A DNA stretch of 64,000 bases from Bacteroidales bacterium (GTDB taxonomy: Bacteria > Bacteroidota > Bacteroidia > Bacteroidales > VadinHA17), in the NCBI GenBank assembly GCA_017999895.1, contig JAGNKY010000007.1:71285-135284 (forward strand). The letters are read 5' to 3'. The notes under the pieces are model-generated. The model searched no databases and was not told where the DNA came from. It was given only the letters and a program-made list of their open reading frames with translations. Each line of letters begins with the position of its first letter. The first letter of the stretch is position 1. The translations under genes and the position numbers were made by a program. Shown piece after piece: positions 37,219 to 45,916 of this stretch.

Positions 37219-37914
37219 ATGAAAGTACTTATTGCAGAAGACGACAGGGATTTTGGGAATATCCTGGCACAATATGTTACTATAAACGGATTCGATGTGA
37301 AACTTGCCAGGGATGGAAAAGAAGCATGGGAAATGTTTAATACCGAGAAGCCCGATATTTGTGTGTTTGATGTTATGATGCCTGAGATGGACGGTTTTAC
37401 ACTTGCCGAAAAAGTAAAGAATGCTGCTCCGGAAATGCCTTTTATTTTCCTAACTGCAAAAAGTCTGAAAGAGGACATTGTGAAAGGGCTTAAACTTGGG
37501 GCCGACGACTATATTACAAAGCCCTTTGACCCTGAAGTATTGATTCTGAGAATCAATAATATTCTTAAAAGAGCATACTCATCGGCAAATGAAGAATACC
37601 ACATTTCAAAATCAATTCTTAAATTTAATACGCTCGAGCTGATTTCTGGTAAAAAGAAAGAAAAACTTACATTGAAAGAAGCTCAGCTTTTAAGGTATTT
37701 CATCCTTAATAAAAATAAAATTTTAACCCGCGAAGATATTCTAACTGAAATATGGGGTGAAGACGATTATTTTCTTGGAAGGAGCATGGATGTATTTATA
37801 AGTCGGCTCAGAAAATATCTGTCGGAAGATAAGGGAATAGATATCCGTACAGTCCGGGGTACAGGGTTCATACTCGAGGAAGTAACTAACCAGAAAGAAA
37901 AAGAAGAAGATTAA
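37219..37914 (+). CDS. OmpR/PhoB-family response regulator
   Basis: 231 aa. Receiver domain (DD...D at FDVMMPEMDG, T at LTAK, K at KPF) plus a winged-helix C-terminus (LTLKEAQLLRYF...VFISRLRKYL...IRTVRGTGF). Confidence 0.9.
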   Translation: MKVLIAEDDRDFGNILAQYVTINGFDVKLARDGKEAWEMFNTEKPDICVFDVMMPEMDGFTLAEKVKNAAPEMPFIFLTAKSLKEDIVKGLKLGADDYITKPFDPEVLILRINNILKRAYSSANEEYHISKSILKFNTLELISGKKKEKLTLKEAQLLRYFILNKNKILTREDILTEIWGEDDYFLGRSMDVFISRLRKYLSEDKGIDIRTVRGTGFILEEVTNQKEKEED

Positions 37915-37922
37915 AGCAAAAT

Positions 37923-37951
37923 AATAGCGCCGTCAGATTAACGGCGCTATT
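37923..37951. terminator. bidirectional hairpin between convergent genes
   Basis: aatagcgccgt-cagatta-acggcgctatt: 11-bp stem flanked by A/T runs, between the RR stop (37914) and the DUF1573 gene stop (37975). Confidence 0.7.
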
Positions 37952-37974
37952 TTAAATTCTGTATATTGGATTGC

Positions 37975-39054
37975 TTAATTTTCCTTTACGTTTGCATTAA
38001 GCATAAGTATGACCTCTGAATTAGCGGGGTCGTTAGTATAAACATATATTGCCTTTGTTACCTTTCCCTTATAAGAACCGGAGTTGAATGTTGCTTTTAT
38101 AGAGCCCGATTCTCCGGGTTTTACGATATTACTGCTGCTTTGATTAACGGCAGTGCAACCGCATGTAGAACGTATATGTCTTATTATAAGGTCACTCTTG
38201 CCTTCGTTAGTAAACTTAAATTCGACTTCCTTATTTGTGGAAGGAGACATATCCCCAATATCTACAGTTGCAGAGGCAACTTTAAAAACCGGTGCATTTG
38301 CAAGCTCTTCCTTGGTAAGGGATGAAAAGTCTTCTACAAGATTTGCAGAAACATACAGATATGTATTGTTCTGCAACTCCCCGTTGAGCTTAATCCTCAC
38401 AACATCAGTAATAGTGCCCCATCCATTATTTTTTGTTGCATCGTAAGTACCTTCTATAACACCTTTCTGACCGGGTTTAAGTGTTTCAGGATTGGCTTTG
38501 AGCTGGAGATGTGCAGGAACTCCGTCGAATTCAATTTTCACAGGTTCTTTCGATGTATTTATAACAGGCATCACCTTTATCTTCTTTTCTGTTTTCTTAA
38601 TTGTAGTGAAAGCAAGATGATTACTTTCGAACCTTACCTGTCCGACAGGCCATGTATAAAGTTCCTCTATAGTTTTTTCCCTCTCTTTCACCTCTCCTTT
38701 AATTACAAGAACTACTTGCCCCGGATTTGCATTGGAATAAACCGTGAGTGTTTTATTGAACACACCTGGCCTTCCGGCAGGGTCATAAATAGCAGTTATC
38801 ACACCTTTCCCGTTGGGTGGTATAGGGCTCTTCGTCCACGTTGGAGTTGTACATCCACAAGATGCCACAACATTCTGAATAACCAGAGGAGCATTGCCGG
38901 TATTAGTCACTTCGAAATTATATGTCTGCCGGCCGGCATCTTCCCTGAAAACTCCGAAATCGTGCTCATATTCAGAAACCTGTATTTTAGGTTGTGCTAA
39001 TAACGAAACAACCCCAAAAACAGAAACAAGAAAAACTGAAAATATCCTCTTCAT
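37975..39054 (-). CDS. DUF1573 domain-containing secreted protein (two DUF1573 modules)
   Basis: 359 aa with a signal peptide. The hallmark motif occurs twice: ...NTGNAPLVIQNVVASCGCTTP and ...NEGKSDLIIRHIRSTCGCTAV. Confidence 0.8.
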   Translation of the reverse strand: MKRIFSVFLVSVFGVVSLLAQPKIQVSEYEHDFGVFREDAGRQTYNFEVTNTGNAPLVIQNVVASCGCTTPTWTKSPIPPNGKGVITAIYDPAGRPGVFNKTLTVYSNANPGQVVLVIKGEVKEREKTIEELYTWPVGQVRFESNHLAFTTIKKTEKKIKVMPVINTSKEPVKIEFDGVPAHLQLKANPETLKPGQKGVIEGTYDATKNNGWGTITDVVRIKLNGELQNNTYLYVSANLVEDFSSLTKEELANAPVFKVASATVDIGDMSPSTNKEVEFKFTNEGKSDLIIRHIRSTCGCTAVNQSSSNIVKPGESGSIKATFNSGSYKGKVTKAIYVYTNDPANSEVILMLNANVKEN

Positions 39055-39304
39055 AAACAGTATATTTTTTATTAATGATTATACTTTATAATATTATTAT
39101 AACTAATATTTTATCAATTTTGTTGCATTATATACAAATTACAGGCCATTTTTTGAGACAATAAAATTAATCATTATTGTAAAAATTTTTATAACAGATC
39201 CAATTTTTATCTTTTAATCCAATTCTCTCGATAGAATATATTAGCTTTGTTTCCGTTGTTTTGGAATAGAATTTGAGTATATTGAAAACAGTTTAATCTC
39301 ATTC

Positions 39305-42300
39305 ATGCCAATGCCCAGGGCCTTAAAAATAAAACTAATCATGTTCTCCATTTCAGTCGCTATGTATTTATCGGCCTCAGGACAATTTTACAACGGCATG
39401 CAGATGACATTCGGAAAGAACAGGGTTCAATATTACGATTATTACTGGTCGTTCTACAGATTCGAAAACATTGACTGTTATTTCAAGGAAGAAGGAAGGG
39501 AGCTGGCGAAAAATACAGCCAACTATGCAATAAAGAAGATCGAAGAAACAGAAGATTACTTCGACTATCCGCTTGAAAAGAGGCTCATATTCATCATATT
39601 CAACAAACAGGCTGAATACAAGCAAACAAACATCGGACTTGTCAGCTTCTCCGAAGACGATTATAACCTTGGCGGTTACAGTCGAATAATCAAAAACAAG
39701 GTTCTGCTGTATTATGAAGGAAACAGAGTTGCATATCAAAAACAAATTGGCTCTTCAATTGCCGAAGTAATAATAAACGAAATCTTTGCAGATGCCGACG
39801 TGCGCGACAGAACCTCAAGCTCACAGTCATTTACTATGCCCGACTGGTATCTTAAAGGACTGGCAAACTATGTCGGATACGGCTGGGACTACGAGGTTGA
39901 AAACAGGGTAAGAGATGGTTTTAAAAGTAAAAAATACAAAAACATTAACAACCTCGAATACGACGATGCAATCTATGCCGGGCAATCGTTCTGGAGATTC
40001 ATTGGCCGTCAGTATGGCGATGCCCTTATCCCTTCAATAGTTTATCTTACTAAAATATATAAAAATATCAATGACGGCTTTCTGTATGTAACCGGACAGA
40101 AACTAAAAGATCTCCTTAAAGAATGGCAGGAATATTATAAGGCTGAATTTGCAGGTGATAACGGGAACCCTTCAGTAAAAAACGAATATTTAAAGAGATC
40201 AAAAAAAGAACAGATTTTTCAGCAGGTTAAAATAAGTCCGGACAAGAAATATATTGCGTACGTCACAAACGACTGGGGTCGCAAGCGGATATGGATTTAT
40301 GACCAGGAGACAGGTAAAACAAAGATCATCTTCAGGGCAGAACCTAAATATGAACACAAAACCGATAATTCTTATCCTGTAATTGCATGGCATCCAAATA
40401 GTAAAATGCTCACATTTATTAATGAGGAGAAATCTCAGCTCAGGATATATTTCTACAGAATACCTGAAAAATCGACTGAAAACAGGCTTTTCCTTTCTAT
40501 GGATAAGGTTCTTGATTTCAGTTACTCTCCTGACGGAACACGATTGGTGCTTTCCGGAGTAAAAGGAGGATTTACCGACATCTACATACATACCATAGCT
40601 TCGGGTACAAACGAACAGATAACAAACGACCTTCCCGACGACTTGAGTCCATCTTTCCTCAAAGGATCTAACAGCGAAATAATTTTCACGTCAAACCGTA
40701 TGACTGATACGCTTTCAAATAAAGCCGATCCTTTTGAAAAACTTGGTTTTATTTACGACCTTTTCACTTACGACCTTAACAGCAAGAGCAACGTACTTAC
40801 GCGCCTTACAGAAGGACAGTATAATGACCATTATCAGCCAGTAAGTACCGGCAAGCAAACCATCTCATATATTGGAAACAATACAGGTATATACAACCGT
40901 TTTTCGGCAAAATTCGACAGTACTATAAGTTTTGTCGATACAGTTACTCATTACAGATATTTTATAAGCTCATTGCCTGCAACAAATTATGACCGGAATA
41001 TTATTTATCACGATGTGGTAGGCAATCCAGAATACTATGGAGAAGCGCTTTTTAATCAAGACAGATATTATCTTAGAAAAGGGGAAATTCCATCAGGTAT
41101 TCGGATAAAAGAAAATGAGTTGCCTGTAACCAATTTCAGAAAAGAACAAACAGAATTACTTCACAAAGCCGATAGCATCGAAAGTATACGGCAATGGCTA
41201 CTGGTTGAAGACAAAAAGAGAAGAGACACACTTAAAAAACCCCTCTATGAATATTATGCCAAAGATGAGCCTATAGACATAAATCATTACATCTTCGAAA
41301 AAGAAAAACAAAACTATTATGAACAGCTCTGGAGAAAAGACTTTATGAATATCGACCTTGAAACCGACACTCTAAAGCTCCCTCTCATTAGAATTTACCA
41401 GCCTTCATTTTACAACAATTATATAGCTACACAGATAGATTTCAGTTTTCTTAATAACTCGTATCAGCCTTACAACGGCGGCTCGCCGTATTTCAATCCA
41501 GGAACGAACCTTCTTACCCGGATAGGAATTCTCGACCTTTTCGAAGATTACAAAGTCACAGGCGGTTTCAGGTTTGCAGGCAATTTAGACAGCAATGAAT
41601 ATCTTCTTCTCATAGAGAATCTAAAGGGCAAATACGACAAACAGCTTCTTTATCACCGCATGACTTTCAATTCATCAGATGATGAGGGTAATTATTTCAA
41701 AATACATAGCGACAATCTTTACTTCTCACTTGCAAAACCTTTTTCACCGGTTCTTGCGCTTAAGGGAACAATTTCATACAGACTCGATAAATATGTAAAC
41801 CTTTCAACAAGTGTACAATCGCTAAATAGCGGTGATATTACGAAACATTGGGCCAGCCTGAAAGGAGAATTAATTTACGACAATACACGAAAAAGAAGTA
41901 TCAATATTTATTACGGCACACGGTATAAAATTTTTGGGGAATATTATAAAGAGCTTACTCAGAAAAAGTCGGATATGATAGTTCTGGGTGCTGATTTCAG
42001 ACATTATACAAAGATTCACCGCGAGCTTATCTGGGCTAATAGATTTGCAGCCAGTACTTCATACGGTCCTACAAAACTTATTTATTATCTCGGAGGTGTA
42101 GATAACTGGATGGGGTATTTATTCAGTAAGATTCCCATGTTCGACCAATCTCTTGGAGTAAACCCGAATTACAATTACGGTTTTCAGGCTCTTGCCACCA
42201 ATATGAGGGGATTCAGTCAGAATATCAGAAATGGTAATAGTTTTGCATTGATAAACAGCGAGATACGCTGGCCTTTCATAAGATATTTTGCCGGTCATCC

Positions 42301-42595
42301 GCTACGTTCCAATTTCCTTAATAGCCTGCAGATTGTTGGCTTCGGGGACGTTGGCACTGCATGGTCGGGAAAATCGCCATGGTCGGGCGAAAACTCATAC
42401 GACAGAGATATTATTACCAATGGTCCGGTAACTGTTTATCTCGACACAAACAAAGAACCTATTGTAGGGGGTTTTGGCGCAGGCCTTAGAGCTCAGATTC
42501 TAGGCTATTTTATCAGAGCCGATTTTGCATGGGGCATCGAAAACCACTATATCCTGCCGATGGTATTCTATCTGTCGTTCAGCCTCGATTTCTAA
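39305..42595 (+). CDS. large outer-membrane protein: N-terminal domain + PD40/TolB-like beta-propeller + C-terminal Omp85 (bacterial surface antigen)-like beta-barrel
   Basis: 1096 aa with a signal peptide. PD40-like repeats (ISPDKKYIAYV, WHPNSKMLTF, YSPDGTRLVLS). The C-terminus has Omp85-like blocks (LGGVDNWMGY, NMRGFSQN, NSEIRWPF, GFGDVGTAW, GFGAGLRAQILGYFIRADFAWG). Confidence 0.55.
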   Translation: MPMPRALKIKLIMFSISVAMYLSASGQFYNGMQMTFGKNRVQYYDYYWSFYRFENIDCYFKEEGRELAKNTANYAIKKIEETEDYFDYPLEKRLIFIIFNKQAEYKQTNIGLVSFSEDDYNLGGYSRIIKNKVLLYYEGNRVAYQKQIGSSIAEVIINEIFADADVRDRTSSSQSFTMPDWYLKGLANYVGYGWDYEVENRVRDGFKSKKYKNINNLEYDDAIYAGQSFWRFIGRQYGDALIPSIVYLTKIYKNINDGFLYVTGQKLKDLLKEWQEYYKAEFAGDNGNPSVKNEYLKRSKKEQIFQQVKISPDKKYIAYVTNDWGRKRIWIYDQETGKTKIIFRAEPKYEHKTDNSYPVIAWHPNSKMLTFINEEKSQLRIYFYRIPEKSTENRLFLSMDKVLDFSYSPDGTRLVLSGVKGGFTDIYIHTIASGTNEQITNDLPDDLSPSFLKGSNSEIIFTSNRMTDTLSNKADPFEKLGFIYDLFTYDLNSKSNVLTRLTEGQYNDHYQPVSTGKQTISYIGNNTGIYNRFSAKFDSTISFVDTVTHYRYFISSLPATNYDRNIIYHDVVGNPEYYGEALFNQDRYYLRKGEIPSGIRIKENELPVTNFRKEQTELLHKADSIESIRQWLLVEDKKRRDTLKKPLYEYYAKDEPIDINHYIFEKEKQNYYEQLWRKDFMNIDLETDTLKLPLIRIYQPSFYNNYIATQIDFSFLNNSYQPYNGGSPYFNPGTNLLTRIGILDLFEDYKVTGGFRFAGNLDSNEYLLLIENLKGKYDKQLLYHRMTFNSSDDEGNYFKIHSDNLYFSLAKPFSPVLALKGTISYRLDKYVNLSTSVQSLNSGDITKHWASLKGELIYDNTRKRSINIYYGTRYKIFGEYYKELTQKKSDMIVLGADFRHYTKIHRELIWANRFAASTSYGPTKLIYYLGGVDNWMGYLFSKIPMFDQSLGVNPNYNYGFQALATNMRGFSQNIRNGNSFALINSEIRWPFIRYFAGHPLRSNFLNSLQIVGFGDVGTAWSGKSPWSGENSYDRDIITNGPVTVYLDTNKEPIVGGFGAGLRAQILGYFIRADFAWGIENHYILPMVFYLSFSLDF

Positions 42596-42813
42596 AAATA
42601 AAGGTTAGTAACTTGAAATACAATTCTTAATAAGACAGCAGAAATCTTAAAATTTGAATATCAAAATGAACAATTAAACAAGTATAATTGTTAACCAATT
42701 GTATTTAAATAATGTTCAATATTAAAAACATAATATAAGAACTTTTTAATTTCAGAATTTAAAAAAATGAGTTACTTTTGGAGAATTGTATATATCAACT
42801 AAAAATAAAAGTT

Positions 42814-42981
42814 ATGGCTTATAAAATTGATGAAAATTGCACAGCATGTGGAGCATGCATTGATGAATGTGCATCTAATGCTATATCAGAAGGTGATATC
42901 TATAAGATAGATCCCGATTTATGTACCGACTGCGGAACTTGTGCAGATGTATGTCCGGTTGATGCGATTCATCCTGCATAG
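42814..42981 (+). CDS. 2x[4Fe-4S] ferredoxin
   Basis: 55 aa from MAYKIDENC. Two CxxCxxCxxxC(P) clusters: CTACGACIDEC and CTDCGTCADVCP. Confidence 0.85.
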   Translation: MAYKIDENCTACGACIDECASNAISEGDIYKIDPDLCTDCGTCADVCPVDAIHPA

Positions 42982-43004
42982 TATTGAATTGAAAAACTAA
43001 AATT

Positions 43005-43031
43005 AAAAAGCCCTTGATAAGGGCTTTTTTT
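43005..43031 (+). terminator. intrinsic terminator after ferredoxin gene
   Basis: aaaaaGCCCTT-gat-AAGGGCttttttt: stem, 3-nt loop and a 7-T run. Confidence 0.8.
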
Positions 43032-43114
43032 ATTAGCACTTTTCTATTTTCTTATTAAACCGTGGAAAAATTTTTAAGATTTTAGAAATGATAAAGGGAA
43101 ATTAATAAAAGAAT

Positions 43115-44008
43115 TTAATATTTTATTATTTTTTTCCATCGTCTGTGCGACCATAAATAGTTTCCCGGCTGCTTTTTTATGGCATCGCTAAGAGAAGTAG
43201 CATATCGTTGTGTTATTTCTCCCTTTTCCATGTTTTCACTACCATCATAAATTATATTATAAAATGTTTCATAAGTTGAATCTTTAATATTTATCGTTTC
43301 TCCAAAAATGACAGGCATATTAAATTTTTTTGCAAAAAATTCCACTCCACGATAAAATGGTGTTTTCACACCAAGAAAATCAACCTGGAAAGAATTCACT
43401 GAAGGTGGTGGATATTGGTCAGCCAGCATGATAAATACTGACGGTTGCTTTTCTTTCACAGCTTTAAGAAAATATTTAGTTGTTGAATCGCTGTCTATAT
43501 ATGAAGCCAAAGGGGCGTAATGCGAATTTCTCACCCTGCGATCTACGTATTTGTTTGACAATGGTTTGTAAACCATATAAGCAGGACATTTTAATATTTC
43601 AGATATGATAACCTGCCATATCCAGTTGTTATGATGTCCTAATGCTATTATAACGCTTTTGCCTTGATTTAAAAAGTCTTGTATTATTTCAATATTTGCA
43701 AATCTAATATGAGATAAAACGTTTTTATCGTTCATATAATAACTTTCGGCCATTTCTAAAAACATTCTTGCCAGAAAATGATAAAACTGTTTTTCTAATT
43801 TATTATAGTATGAGTATGATTGCTCAGGGAAGATGAACTCAAGATTTTTCCAAACCACCTTTTTCCTGTAACGAAAAATATGACGCAATAAAAAATAAGC
43901 AATATTTTCCCATATAAAATGTAAAGATGATGGAGTTAATCTTACTAAGACCTGAAAAAACCAAGCAATGAAGGCAGTGAATATATCCAGAAGTTTAAAA
44001 TTGATCAT
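43115..44008 (-). CDS. LpxL/HtrB-family (lipid A late / lysophospholipid) acyltransferase-like protein
   Basis: 297 aa. N-terminal TM, family-typical FRYRKKVVWKNLEFIFPE, and C-terminal YLWSHRRWK. The HX4(D/E) position reads GHHNNWIW. Confidence 0.7.
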   Translation of the reverse strand: MINFKLLDIFTAFIAWFFQVLVRLTPSSLHFIWENIAYFLLRHIFRYRKKVVWKNLEFIFPEQSYSYYNKLEKQFYHFLARMFLEMAESYYMNDKNVLSHIRFANIEIIQDFLNQGKSVIIALGHHNNWIWQVIISEILKCPAYMVYKPLSNKYVDRRVRNSHYAPLASYIDSDSTTKYFLKAVKEKQPSVFIMLADQYPPPSVNSFQVDFLGVKTPFYRGVEFFAKKFNMPVIFGETINIKDSTYETFYNIIYDGSENMEKGEITQRYATSLSDAIKKQPGNYLWSHRRWKKIIKY

Positions 44009-44125
44009 TTTTTTAAATGTCTCAATATAATTGTATGACCTTATGAAGTTCTTTTTTAAGTTAGTTATATATACTTAACTGTTGATTATTAATTTGTTAT
44101 GAATTATAAATTAATAATCAACAAT

Positions 44126-45658
44126 CTAATTTAACTCTTTTAATTCTGCTTTATTTATTTTTCCTGTAGTTGTTTTAGGAAGTTCTTTGAGATATTCAAT
44201 TTGCCTTGGAAGTTTAAACTTTGCCAATTTGTCTCTCAGGTATTCAGTTATATAACTTTTGGGCAAAACTATGCCATCTTTTAATACGATAAAACATTTT
44301 ACCGTTTCTCCACGCAATTTATCAGGAACGCCTACTACTGCAACTTCTTTAATACACGGATGCCTCAGCAATATTTCCTCTATTTCGGCGGCCCATACGA
44401 GTTCGCCCCCAACTTTTATTGTATCTTTTGATTTTCCAATAATATAAAGATTACCCTTTTTATCAAAGTATCCCAGATCGCCTGTATAAAACCAGCCGTT
44501 TTTAAAGACTTCCTTATTCAATTCCGGTTCATTATAATAGCCGCAGAAGACAGACTTACCTCTGGCTGCAATTTCTCCTATTTCTCCTGTTTTTAATTCA
44601 TTATCGTGAACATCAAAAATTTTTAATTCCACATTAGGAACAGGTTTACCCACTGAAGTAATATTGTCAGGGGAACATACCGAAACTGGCGGAACCACTT
44701 CTGTCATTCCCCAACCATTCAAAACAACTGCATTAGGAAATAATTTTTTAAACTGCATTAATAACTCCGGAGAAGACGGCGCTCCAAAAACATCTGCCCA
44801 TCTGAGCGACTCCAAATTATAACTGCTAACATCTTTTAAATATAAGAGAGCATAAAACATAGGTGGCACCATCCAAACTCCAGTTACCTTCCATCTATCA
44901 ATCAACTGGATAAAGTTTAGAGGAAAGAACCTTGGCATGATTACTGTACTCATCCCATATTTTATAGCAACCATTATAAATAATATGCCTCCGGAATGAG
45001 AAAACGGAATAGCAGATATTGTCCGTTCTGTCTCATCAATCTTTAATATACTTTCAAGTCCTTCGTAAGTGCAGAAATATTTCAACTGTTCCGCTCCTAA
45101 ATGAATATGTTCGTAATTCCAAAGAGCTCCCTTGGGTTTGCCTGTACTGCCAGAGGTATAGAAAATGCTGGACGGCATATTTATGTTTATATCCTGATCG
45201 TCTAAATAATTTTTTGAGTTTTTTGTAAGGTTCCAGAATGAAAGATATTTAGGGTCGTCTTCAATAGTTATTACTTCTTTCAAAGTGGAAATATTTGTTT
45301 TCAGCTTTAAAAGGTTAAACTTGACGCTATTTGTGGTAATAATACCTTTTAAAGCACAATGATTGCCAATGTCTATCAATTCATTTGCCGTTAAAAAGAA
45401 ATCAACCGGTACCGCCACACAGCCTATTGAATATATCGCCAGATAAGAACAAACATACTCTATGCAATTGGGTAGATAAATGGCAATTTTGTCCCCTTTT
45501 TTAAACCCACACTCAATTAGTCCATTGGCTAATCTAAATGTATAATCCTTTAATGTTATAAAATCATATTCAATATCTTTATCAATAAAAGCAGTTTTAT
45601 TGCCGTATTTTTCAGCAGCTTCAATTATAAGTTGGCGCACGTCTTTTCTTTTTAACAT
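44126..45658 (-). CDS. AMP-dependent synthetase/ligase (acyl-CoA or acyl-AMP ligase)
   Basis: Start taken at MLKRKDV (45658). AMP-binding motif IFYTSGSTGKPKGA, plus GWGMTE, YTGDLGYFDKKGNLYIIGKSKDTIKVGGE and a C-terminal GKINK lysine. Confidence 0.85.
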   Translation of the reverse strand: MLKRKDVRQLIIEAAEKYGNKTAFIDKDIEYDFITLKDYTFRLANGLIECGFKKGDKIAIYLPNCIEYVCSYLAIYSIGCVAVPVDFFLTANELIDIGNHCALKGIITTNSVKFNLLKLKTNISTLKEVITIEDDPKYLSFWNLTKNSKNYLDDQDININMPSSIFYTSGSTGKPKGALWNYEHIHLGAEQLKYFCTYEGLESILKIDETERTISAIPFSHSGGILFIMVAIKYGMSTVIMPRFFPLNFIQLIDRWKVTGVWMVPPMFYALLYLKDVSSYNLESLRWADVFGAPSSPELLMQFKKLFPNAVVLNGWGMTEVVPPVSVCSPDNITSVGKPVPNVELKIFDVHDNELKTGEIGEIAARGKSVFCGYYNEPELNKEVFKNGWFYTGDLGYFDKKGNLYIIGKSKDTIKVGGELVWAAEIEEILLRHPCIKEVAVVGVPDKLRGETVKCFIVLKDGIVLPKSYITEYLRDKLAKFKLPRQIEYLKELPKTTTGKINKAELKELN

Positions 45659-45916
45659 TTTATTTCGCGTTTGTATAATTAACTGTCCTGAATTTTTTAT
45701 TAAAAAATTATTGCCTTTACTTTTTAAATACAATTTAATTTATTATATTTAACATACATGCAATAAATTCAGCTGGCATAACGGCAGCCAAAAATACTGA
45801 AATTTTAATAAATGAATTCGATTTTATTAATAAAAGAAAAATATTGCCGTAAAAGTCGGCTCAATCTGCAGGAATTAATTCTCATGCAAAACCTTTATTG
45901 CAGATTGAAATAAGTT

